IMG/VR virus record: IMGVR_UViG_3300037424_000492
Span: 1 to 47,813 of that record
Length of the DNA stretch: 47,813 nt
Strand: one strand, 5' to 3'
From: a virus
Taxonomy: Duplodnaviria; Caudoviricetes
Shown: piece by piece, positions 1 through 7,032 of the stretch
Numbering within the stretch: the stretch's first letter is position 1
Layout of the letters: each line of letters opens with the position of its first letter
Position numbers and translations under genes: made by a program
Notes under the pieces: generated by a model
The model's input: the letters and a program-made list of their open reading frames with translations, nothing else
Databases searched by the model: none
Told to the model about the DNA's origin: nothing

Positions 1-117
1 GATACGTTTACAAAGCATGTAAGGCTAGACTCACCTGAGGGAGAATTCATTGGCTGGATGTGCGGCTGTGGTACGTTCGTGCCTGTCTTGACAACAGAGA
101 AGGTGGCTATCTCATGA
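1..117. repeat. Terminal direct repeat, left copy (circular assembly overlap)
   Basis: Bases 1-117 are identical to 47697-47813. The ORF 47418-47813 stops in this repeat and its TGA overlaps the ATG at 114. Confidence 0.97.
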
Positions 118-320
118 CCCACTTCATTCAGGACATCCATGTCCCCCAGAAGCCCGCGCCCGCAGCGGAGCCGGAGATGGCGATGCACTGCGAGCATTGC
201 AGCAAACCAGGCGTGCTTACTGTGCATAGGCTGATATGGCGCGATCCGGCAACACAGCGCCAAAAACTGGAGTGCCAGAAATGCTTTAACGTTGTGGATG
301 TAAAGGCGGCGACGAAATGA
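114..320 (+). CDS. Small Zn-ribbon protein
   Basis: CEHC and CQKC pairs; ATGA coupling on both sides. Confidence 0.7.
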   Translation: MTHFIQDIHVPQKPAPAAEPEMAMHCEHCSKPGVLTVHRLIWRDPATQRQKLECQKCFNVVDVKAATK

Positions 321-763
321 CCTACACCCGCACGAAACCAAACAAAACACAGCAACTTTGGGCCTACGGCGGCACGAAGGCAGGCGCCGACCGGATCAAC
401 AAACTTGGCGACTTGTACCTGGTCTATGATCAATACAAAGCCAACCCTGCGACGACCGCCGCGCAATGGCTCGAACTCGAACAGCAATTCGCCGTGTTGC
501 GTGGCGCGTTGTACGCCGGACTGTGTGCGGAGAGAGCAAAAGGTGACGCTATGACCGCCATCGCCGCCCCGCACCTGCTCGCTCGCGCGATCGTCTCGGA
601 CCCCCAGCGCGTCCAGATACACAGCACGGATACCAAACCGGACAAATACCGTCGGTTGGTCCGCAAAGCACTGAACCGTCTGGGCTTTTTTAGCCCGGAG
701 ATTGTCCTGGCCGTCGTGCCAGGAGAGAATCAGTTAGTTGCAAGAAAGAAGGTGATGAAATGA
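317..763 (+). CDS. Hypothetical phage protein
   Basis: 148-aa ORF, translationally coupled to the upstream gene. Confidence 0.7.
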   Translation: MTYTRTKPNKTQQLWAYGGTKAGADRINKLGDLYLVYDQYKANPATTAAQWLELEQQFAVLRGALYAGLCAERAKGDAMTAIAAPHLLARAIVSDPQRVQIHSTDTKPDKYRRLVRKALNRLGFFSPEIVLAVVPGENQLVARKKVMK

Positions 764-902
764 TGAACTGCTACCATTGCACAGGAACGACATTGTTTAT
801 ATTCGGCAGACTGTCTGTCACGCGCTGCGATTGGGGATGCAATGAATTACATTTCGAGTGGCGGCACAGGGACGGCATAACAAGAACGTTTTGGACGGTG
901 AA

Positions 903-1259
903 ATGATGAACTTCAAAGCCGAAATAACGCTGACGCTCCCGCTCCCGCCAAGCGCCAACAAATATTGGGTATACACCGGTCGTTCAGTAGTCACATCCCC
1001 GGAAGCCAAAGCATACAAAGAAGCTATCCGGCTGCTGGTGCGCTGCGAGATGTTGCTGGGTCGCGTTGCCGTCAATATCTCAGTATTCCGCAGAGCAAAA
1101 CGCGGCGACCTGGATAACTACCAAAAAATACTTTTAGATTCTCTCGAGGGGATATTGTACGAGAATGACGACCAGATCACTGAGATACACGCGTATAGGT
1201 ATGATGACCCTGAGAACCCGCGCGTGGAGTTGGTAGCCTATGAGGACGCAGATGACTAA
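903..1259 (+). CDS. rusA: RusA-family Holliday junction resolvase
   Basis: LPLPPSANKYW, RGDLDNYQKILLDSLEGILYENDDQI and PRVEL motifs. Confidence 0.9.
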   Translation: MMNFKAEITLTLPLPPSANKYWVYTGRSVVTSPEAKAYKEAIRLLVRCEMLLGRVAVNISVFRRAKRGDLDNYQKILLDSLEGILYENDDQITEIHAYRYDDPENPRVELVAYEDADD

Positions 1260-1809
1260 CACCGACATCACCCATGCAACGCCAGCAGCCATCCAGCGGA
1301 TACAGACGCCAGCGGAGGCGGCTTATCTTGCACATATGGCAAAGGCCGCCGCTGTGTTCTATTCCGTGCAGGGGATGCGAGATAGAAGCCAGACCGCAAA
1401 AGCAATCTACATCCGGGCAGCCAGACGCGCAGGGGAATTGATGCTCCCTGAGAACACCCCCCGTTCGAATGGCGGACGGCCTAACTCGTCCCACGATGCA
1501 CCAGTTTCTACGCCCTATCAGGAAGCCTGTGACGGCGCGGGTATTACCCGTCATACTGCGCTGACGTGGCAAAAACTAGCGGAGATTCCTGATATTGTTT
1601 TCGAGAATTATTTTGTCAATCCGAAATACAAATTGACAGAATACACGTTCGTGGACCTGTTCAAGTATTCCCACGCACCAGGCGGCGGGATAGTCATCAC
1701 CCTGGATAGCCTGGCTGAGAAGATGATAAATCTAATCCGCTATGCTAAGAAGGCATTCCCTGACGAAGCGCCAGAACTGCTGCGGGCGGTGATCGAGCGG
1801 GAGTTGTGA
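1252..1809 (+). CDS. Hypothetical DNA-binding protein (resembles N-terminal regions of phage methyltransferases)
   Basis: IRAARRAGELM...GGRP...GITRHTALTWQKLAEIP pattern; no catalytic MTase motif. Confidence 0.55.
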   Translation: MTNTDITHATPAAIQRIQTPAEAAYLAHMAKAAAVFYSVQGMRDRSQTAKAIYIRAARRAGELMLPENTPRSNGGRPNSSHDAPVSTPYQEACDGAGITRHTALTWQKLAEIPDIVFENYFVNPKYKLTEYTFVDLFKYSHAPGGGIVITLDSLAEKMINLIRYAKKAFPDEAPELLRAVIEREL

Positions 1810-1894
1810 TAGTACCGCAGTCATGCCCCAAACGGGGGATACACACCCGCCCCGGAAAATGCTATATTTAGAGCATAGAGAACAGGAGATAAAA

Positions 1895-2128
1895 ATGTAT
1901 ACAGTTCAGTATATGCACCAGCAAGTTGCACTTGGAAAATATGTCTATCCAGGCCAAAAAGAGTGGCAATTTTGTGAAGGACAAAATGGAAAGTATTTCC
2001 AACACACCTATCGTTTCCGTCGTGGGGCGGGGGATGGCGTCATTGAGCAAGATGCTTACTGCGCTGAGTGCGGTAAGCAGCAAATCGGCTATTTCTTTCG
2101 TAAGGGTTTTGACCCCTGCAAACATTAA
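1895..2128 (+). CDS. Hypothetical protein
   Basis: AGGAG RBS upstream; CAEC motif. Confidence 0.6.
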   Translation: MYTVQYMHQQVALGKYVYPGQKEWQFCEGQNGKYFQHTYRFRRGAGDGVIEQDAYCAECGKQQIGYFFRKGFDPCKH

Positions 2129-2134
2129 ATTACA

Positions 2135-2425
2135 ATGACCACAACCTACCTATACCCCATGACCCAGGTGATGGCCGAGAATCGAAACCTGCGCGCAAAC
2201 ATCAGCGTACAGGAAAAGATGATCGAAGCCCAGGCGCGCGAAATCGAAGCGGCTAAAGAAGTCTTGCGCCGCTATGTGATGGTAGAGAAAGATTGGGATG
2301 GCTATCAGAAACTATATGTGGAATTTGGTGAACCTGAACATCCTGAATGCTCGATCAGCATGGACGAATGGTTAGAACGAATTCTACGCGCGCCCGCTCG
2401 CGCCGTCCTGGCGCAGAAGGAGTAG
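2135..2425 (+). CDS. Hypothetical coiled-coil protein
   Basis: 96-aa ORF in operon context. Confidence 0.6.
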   Translation: MTTTYLYPMTQVMAENRNLRANISVQEKMIEAQAREIEAAKEVLRRYVMVEKDWDGYQKLYVEFGEPEHPECSISMDEWLERILRAPARAVLAQKE

Positions 2426-2427
2426 AA

Positions 2428-2652
2428 ATGAAACGCGTGATTCAACGAATTTCACAACGCGCACAAATGCGCACTGCATTGATGGCTAAAACATGCCAGA
2501 ATGACACACACGATTTGAGTGATAGCGACATCAAAGACCCATTAGATGGTCGCATTATCCTGAGGCCGTCTATCAATGTCCTCATTCAGGATTATCATTT
2601 TGATTTTTTACCGTGCCGAAAATGCGGCATGATGATAATGAGAAAGGCGTAA
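2428..2652 (+). CDS. Hypothetical protein
   Basis: AAGGAG RBS before the ATG at 2428. Confidence 0.6.
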   Translation: MKRVIQRISQRAQMRTALMAKTCQNDTHDLSDSDIKDPLDGRIILRPSINVLIQDYHFDFLPCRKCGMMIMRKA

Positions 2653-2654
2653 TC

Positions 2655-3125
2655 ATGAGCCTAACTATCAACGGCAACTGCACCGGCGCCGCCGCGCACG
2701 GCCATGACGAACTCGCAGATGACTTCGCCCGTCCTACTGATGAAGTTTTGAAATTCATCAAGGCACATTGCGAGCCGGAAACCTATCATCTGCGCTTCAA
2801 TGAGATTTACGGTCGTTGGCGCAAAACGGACTACAAGCGGTACACGTCCGAACTGCGCGCCTGGCGGCAAGAGATTGCCGACGTGTTAGCAGAACGTGAT
2901 ACCCGCAAAGGCGAGCCGATGCACGTCAGCACGGGGTTGCTTGACCGCACCCCGACCGCCGCACAGTTGCGCGCAGAACGACAGGCGCGCGCGCAGGTGG
3001 AGAGACAAGCGCAGGACGCTGAGAACCAGGCTATTCTCGATTGGTTGGAAGGCTGGAACAAACTGTACCCAGGTCCATTAGGCGAAAGCCCAACGGAGAC
3101 ACGCAACCAGTTTACAGGATTTTAG
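2655..3125 (+). CDS. Hypothetical protein
   Basis: GAAAGG RBS; 156-aa ORF. Confidence 0.65.
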   Translation: MSLTINGNCTGAAAHGHDELADDFARPTDEVLKFIKAHCEPETYHLRFNEIYGRWRKTDYKRYTSELRAWRQEIADVLAERDTRKGEPMHVSTGLLDRTPTAAQLRAERQARAQVERQAQDAENQAILDWLEGWNKLYPGPLGESPTETRNQFTGF

Positions 3126-3205
3126 AAAGGACAAGATAACCGACGAGATACACTATAATTTCACTCTACTATCATATTCAACTCTAACTAGAAAAGGATA
3201 AGACC

Positions 3206-3664
3206 ATGCGTTTATCAGAGATGTTCCCGAGTAACTTGCTCAAATCCCAAGACCTGCTTGATGCAGGTGGGGAGATTACTGTAACCATTGAAAAGGTTGA
3301 AATGAAAACCTTCGACCGTGACGATGGCACCAAAGACACCAAGCCGATTGTGTACTTTGCCGACAACAAGCAGATGGTATGCAATAAGACCAACGCCGGG
3401 ATTATCGCCACGATGCACGGGGATGATACCGATGAATGGATTGGCAAGTCCATCACCTTGACTGTCAAGGAAGTGGAATTCCAGGGCAAGACCGTTTTCG
3501 GAATCCGCGTCAAGAACGAAAACAGCCGTGATGCGCTCATCCAGGAATTCTGGACAAAGGCCCGCGAACTTGGTTACGACCAGGCAGGCGGACAGGCTTT
3601 GCTCAAAGCTCATGATATGGACTTCAAAGCTGCGCTTGCCACGCTTGCTGAACCGCAGTTCTAG
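3206..3664 (+). CDS. Phage recombination/ssDNA-binding-like protein
   Basis: ITVTIEKVE...KPIVYF...NKTNA...DEWIGKSITL...GIRV beta-rich pattern common in phage recombination regions; function inferred. Confidence 0.55.
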   Translation: MRLSEMFPSNLLKSQDLLDAGGEITVTIEKVEMKTFDRDDGTKDTKPIVYFADNKQMVCNKTNAGIIATMHGDDTDEWIGKSITLTVKEVEFQGKTVFGIRVKNENSRDALIQEFWTKARELGYDQAGGQALLKAHDMDFKAALATLAEPQF

Positions 3665-3769
3665 CCCACACCCGCCCTTGCCTGCTGGCGATTGGCTCAG
3701 GCCAGCAGGCTGGCGGGCAAGGATCACAACCTAGTTAATCACTAGTTAGCCCGCCAGAAAGGAAACGAG

Positions 3770-4000
3770 ATGGCTCCTGGAAAAATCATGTTTTGCGAAG
3801 ATTGTACTTTGATAGGCGTGCCAATGCCAGAGAATAACGATACTTGCGGCAATTGTGGTTCGCATAATGTTGCCGTCTTTTTGCCAATGGGCGGGCTAAC
3901 ACAGCGTGCAACGGACGGGTGCAAGTGTTGTGCGGCGAATGCTAAATGGTTCAAATATTGTCCGGATTGCGGGCGATTGCTATCCAACACCCGCCGCTAA
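3770..4000 (+). CDS. Cassette 1 ORF, Cys-rich double Zn-ribbon protein running into attC1
   Basis: GAAAGGA RBS; CEDC, CGNC, CKCC and CPDC motifs. Confidence 0.7.
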   Translation: MAPGKIMFCEDCTLIGVPMPENNDTCGNCGSHNVAVFLPMGGLTQRATDGCKCCAANAKWFKYCPDCGRLLSNTRR

Positions 4001-4015
4001 CGCAAGCCGTTGGAA
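3894..4015 (+). other. attC site 1
   Basis: GGCTAAC ... CGGACGGGTG/CACCCGCCG arms with one extra base ... GCTAACGCAAGCC-GTTGGAA. Confidence 0.85.
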
Positions 4016-4023
4016 GGAAAAGA

Positions 4024-4365
4024 ATGGATATTGTCACCGATAAAAACAAGGTGTACGAAATAGCCAGGGACGACCCCATAGTCTATAATCTGCTTACTCG
4101 CGTAGAGTTGGGGCAAATCAACTTTGAGCAGGCGATGATAGCAGGTGTCGTTATCTTGTCTCAAAGGGGCGAAGAATTGCAAAAGTTGGTTACTGGTCTG
4201 GTTGCTACGTCAGTTGAGCATAAAGTCCTTACAACAATGCGTGAAGTCGGGCAGGGCTTATCGCCCGCGCAAAAGAAGGATATTGAGAAAATTATCAATC
4301 GCGCGATCCATAGTGACGTAGCTAACGCCCTGCCGCTAATCCATACCGTTGGGCGAACTGCCTAA
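4024..4365 (+). CDS. Cassette 2 ORF, hypothetical; reads through attC2
   Basis: GAAGGA RBS just inside the cassette boundary; stop codon lies in the next cassette. Confidence 0.7.
   Translation: MDIVTDKNKVYEIARDDPIVYNLLTRVELGQINFEQAMIAGVVILSQRGEELQKLVTGLVATSVEHKVLTTMREVGQGLSPAQKKDIEKIINRAIHSDVANALPLIHTVGRTA
4229..4354 (+). other. attC site 2
   Basis: TTACAAC ... CGGGCAGGGC/GCCCTGCCG arms ... GCTAATCCATACC-GTTGGGC. Confidence 0.75.
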
Positions 4366-4382
4366 ATGATGGCATCTCTAGC

Positions 4383-4429
4383 CGCCAACCTTTGCGTAAT
4401 CCCCTTACTGCTAACACAAGCCGTTGGGT
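4383..4429 (+). other. attC site 3 (short and degenerate; closes an ORF-less cassette)
   Basis: CGCCAAC ... GCTAACACAAGCC-GTTGGGT; only 47 bp. Confidence 0.55.
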
Positions 4430-4454
4430 GGGCAGAAGTCCACGAAAGGATTGC

Positions 4455-4655
4455 ATGAACATTACTTGTCATCACATTGAATCATCCGAAGATGAAGCGG
4501 CAGCCTGTGATTCTACGGGTTGGCTATATGCTTCACATGGCTGGAACCATGTTGATTGCCCTGATTGTCTAGCCGCCCAACACCGTATGCACCTGACCGA
4601 CTTGGGGCAGGCCGTGGCGAATCCAGATAATGATGACGTTGCCCCAAGCGGGTAA
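4455..4655 (+). CDS. Cassette 4 ORF, small Cys/His protein
   Basis: GAAAGGA RBS; VDCPDC motif; C-terminus is encoded by attC4. Confidence 0.7.
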   Translation: MNITCHHIESSEDEAAACDSTGWLYASHGWNHVDCPDCLAAQHRMHLTDLGQAVANPDNDDVAPSG

Positions 4656-4670
4656 CGCAAGCCGTTAGTC
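4575..4670 (+). other. attC site 4
   Basis: GCCCAAC ... CTTGGGGCA/TGCCCCAAG arms ... GGTAACGCAAGCC-GTTAGTC. Confidence 0.85.
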
Positions 4671-4671
4671 T

Positions 4672-4709
4672 AAAAACAAAAGCGCCACTGGTTCACAATG
4701 GCGCTTTGT
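4672..4709. terminator. Probably bidirectional intrinsic terminator between convergent arms
   Basis: AAAGCGCCA/TGGCGCTTT stem with an A-rich left flank. Confidence 0.75.
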
Positions 4710-4729
4710 CGTGGGGGAGCGGGGGATTA

Positions 4730-4930
4730 TTATTTCCAGAGACCGCGTGCCTGCAACTTTGCAACCGCTTTCTTCGCGGCAAACTCGACCACATCCACAC
4801 CAAGCAGTGCCAGGATCGCCAACACGATAGTATTGATCAATTCCTTCGAGATGGGGAAACCCGGAAGGTAAGCCTGGGCGATCACAAACAACAGTTCAAC
4901 GAAAGCGACAACAACAACTAACTTAATCAT
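4730..4930 (-). CDS. Small 2-TM protein, holin-like
   Basis: Two hydrophobic helices and a basic C-terminus; lies at the end of the late arm. Confidence 0.55.
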   Translation of the reverse strand: MIKLVVVVAFVELLFVIAQAYLPGFPISKELINTIVLAILALLGVDVVEFAAKKAVAKLQARGLWK

Positions 4931-4956
4931 GGAGACTCCTTTTCTTTTTTCCCGCC

Positions 4957-5166
4957 CTATGCGGGTTGGTCTTTTTCAGGCTTCCAGGGTCTTGCCGGAG
5001 CCTGATGAATAACAAGTGGTTTTGGGCGAATAGATAGAACGGCGGTAACTACCTGGCATTTCGGGCAATATAAATCCAGGTCTGTGTTACTTGGAAGCAA
5101 TTCTTCTGCCGTTCTCAGATTAACATATTCGCCGTGCTGGGGACACATAAATTGTATCGGTTTCAT
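4957..5166 (-). CDS. Small Zn-ribbon protein
   Basis: CPQH...CPKC. Confidence 0.6.
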   Translation of the reverse strand: MKPIQFMCPQHGEYVNLRTAEELLPSNTDLDLYCPKCQVVTAVLSIRPKPLVIHQAPARPWKPEKDQPA

Positions 5167-5336
5167 TTTGCGTTTCCATCACGGACAAAATAAACAAAAT
5201 ACGCAAGTGCCTTTTCCACCATCGTGGCGGTCACGGCTACGGATCTCGCGCGGGGGGTGCGTTCGTCCCCTTTGGCGTCCTTAATTTTCTTGAGCAGATT
5301 TTCAAAATCTATTTCAATTTCATCTTCTTGTGTCAT
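5163..5336 (-). CDS. 57-aa helical-hairpin protein (below the ORF-track cutoff)
   Basis: My translation is MTQEDEIEIDFENLLKKIKDAKGDERTPRARSVAVTATMVEKALAYFVYFVRDGNAK. TAAGGAG RBS; TATAAT at 5375-5370. Confidence 0.7.
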   Translation of the reverse strand: MTQEDEIEIDFENLLKKIKDAKGDERTPRARSVAVTATMVEKALAYFVYFVRDGNAK

Positions 5337-5390
5337 ATTACACTCCTTATATTAGTGTGACATAACTCTATTATACGACCATTTACACAC

Positions 5391-5528
5391 AAAGAGCGAC
5401 CCTTTTCGCAGAGTCGCTCTCAGTGGCTGGTATACCCGGCTTGACAATGCAGACGCCGTTTTACCCTTACGAGGGCTACGCACGGCCAACGCGTCGCTTG
5501 CCCTACGCAACCAGCGAGCCGCAGCCAC
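5391..5528 (-). ncRNA. Candidate small structured RNA with own -10 box and terminator
   Basis: TATAAT at 5541-5536; GTGGCTG/CAGCCAC closing stem; terminator hairpin 5421-5391. Confidence 0.5.
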
Positions 5529-5565
5529 ATGAAGAATTATACCCTAACTTAATTGCTTTGATTTA

Positions 5566-5964
5566 TCAGGGAGCGGGGATACTAAAAATTCTCGGGAAAA
5601 TATCCGTCAGCAGCCACACTAGCACCGCAGCAGTGGCAACCTTCAGAACATCCACGCCAACCCCCGATAATTTCTCTTTGGTGGTCTTTGGCAGAAACCC
5701 GCCCTGGCCGCGTACCATATTCAACGTCTCGCGTACATCAGACTGGATTACCTTTGCAGCGTCTTCTACTATCTGCATACGACGCAACAATCCTTTTTCC
5801 CCGTTACCATCGCCATGTACAGCATCGTGGAGTTCCCTTAGTTGTTTCGAATCGTCAGTCAGGACAAAATTCAATGATGTCCACATTCCTTTAGTGGGTG
5901 TTTTTGTTGGCAACTTTGCTAACTCCTGCCGGAATAAGTCGAGCGGCGATGTTATTTTATCCAT
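5566..5964 (-). CDS. Membrane protein with C-terminal TM helix (possibly lysis-related)
   Basis: HGDGNGEKGLLRRM coiled region and hydrophobic C-terminus; follows the tail genes. Confidence 0.55.
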   Translation of the reverse strand: MDKITSPLDLFRQELAKLPTKTPTKGMWTSLNFVLTDDSKQLRELHDAVHGDGNGEKGLLRRMQIVEDAAKVIQSDVRETLNMVRGQGGFLPKTTKEKLSGVGVDVLKVATAAVLVWLLTDIFPRIFSIPAP

Positions 5965-5972
5965 TGTAATCC

Positions 5973-7025
5973 TTACGCCAACGGCAACGATGGCAATTGG
6001 AAATTGATTTCATCGTTTACCGCCCAGGTAAATGGGACAGTTGCAGAAATGGCGGCTAAAGTTGCATATGTACCACCAGCGGCAATAACTCTCACTCGAA
6101 CATTATTGGCGCTTGCGCCATTGGAATCAATCGAGGCGTAGGTTGTCCCGGTGCCACTGTCCACCAGGTTGCACGTTCCCAGAGATGCGCCTACCGCCGT
6201 GTTGCTAATTGAAATTGGCAAGCTAAGGGATACAGCTCCGGCAATCGCGCTTGTAGTTGCCCCGAATTTGAACGCAAACCAGATAGCCAAAACGTCATCA
6301 GAAATCCAATACTTCGAAACTAACGTACCGTCTCCGGCTGTAAGGTTCCCAAACGTAGGCAGCCAGGTAAGCCACCTTGTATCGTAAGTTGGCCTATTTT
6401 TGATGATACTTGTTGCTGGAATGGTCCAGGTGTAACCGGCACCAGCCGAAAGTGTCGCATTGAATCGTCCAATGTTCTGGACTTTATCCGTACTCGTATA
6501 ATTGGTAGGCCCGGCGAGATACTTTTCATTGGTCGTAGTCGAACTAAAGTCCCCAACCACGTGCCCATTAGGAATCCGAGACCACCCGAGCTTTGTCCCA
6601 GCGCTTGCGCCAGTTTCATCGATTAAATAGGCGAACAGGTCAACGTCTTGTGTCGCCAGTTCCGCCGCCCCCAAATTCGCCCAGTTCGTAGCATCGGCCT
6701 TGGTGACAGACAGCGCCGCTGAAATAGTGGCGAGTTCGTCACTTAGTTTTATCTTAAGCGGAGCCGCCGCGCTGAAATCGTTCCCGTCCAGGTCTTTGAG
6801 CGCCAACACTAAATCGTTGGATGAAATAGACGATGCCAATTTGTAATTGCCCCCGGAAACAGGCGTGCCCAGCTCGTCGTCGATTTGCTCGAATAAATCA
6901 GACTTCTGGATCGCGCCGCTATCAGGCGTCCCACCCACGTCCACAGACAACACGATTTGGTCGGTTGCCGCTAAGGTAGTCTGCGGATTTTCTACAAACA
7001 GTTCGGTAATCTTTACGCTTGTCAT
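5973..7025 (-). CDS. Tail fibre / receptor-binding protein
   Basis: Position after the tail tip gene; beta-rich T/A/G composition; C-terminal WLTWLPT...PFTWAVND. Confidence 0.7.
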   Translation of the reverse strand: MTSVKITELFVENPQTTLAATDQIVLSVDVGGTPDSGAIQKSDLFEQIDDELGTPVSGGNYKLASSISSNDLVLALKDLDGNDFSAAAPLKIKLSDELATISAALSVTKADATNWANLGAAELATQDVDLFAYLIDETGASAGTKLGWSRIPNGHVVGDFSSTTTNEKYLAGPTNYTSTDKVQNIGRFNATLSAGAGYTWTIPATSIIKNRPTYDTRWLTWLPTFGNLTAGDGTLVSKYWISDDVLAIWFAFKFGATTSAIAGAVSLSLPISISNTAVGASLGTCNLVDSGTGTTYASIDSNGASANNVRVRVIAAGGTYATLAAISATVPFTWAVNDEINFQLPSLPLA

Positions 7026-7032
7026 GAGTCAC

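Larger units (their letters stand above)
3745..4670 (+). mobile_element. Integron gene-cassette array without integrase (CALIN-like), 4 cassettes
   Basis: Core sites at 3745 (GTTAGCC), 4009, 4348, 4423 and 4664. Matching inverse cores end at 3900, 4235, 4389 and 4581. A conserved 3' end GYTAAYNCANRCCGTT is shared. Confidence 0.85.

Noticed and set aside
1-117. Biological terminal repeat of the virion DNA
   Set aside because: It falls mid-gene and has the size of an assembler overlap; it indicates circularity only.
3894-4670. CRISPR mini-array suggested by the recurring TAAC.CAAGCCGTT motif and a Cas4-like gene
   Set aside because: Spacing is irregular (75-340 bp) and encloses ORFs; attC architecture explains it better.
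5423-5528. HDV-like ribozyme or SRP RNA
   Set aside because: A CTCGCTGG...GGGCAA resemblance exists, but I could not build the P1/P2 pairings or find the SRP domain IV motif.
5423-6007. 194-aa plus-strand ORF
   Set aside because: It is the antisense shadow of 5566-5964 and the candidate sRNA, with no RBS or motifs.
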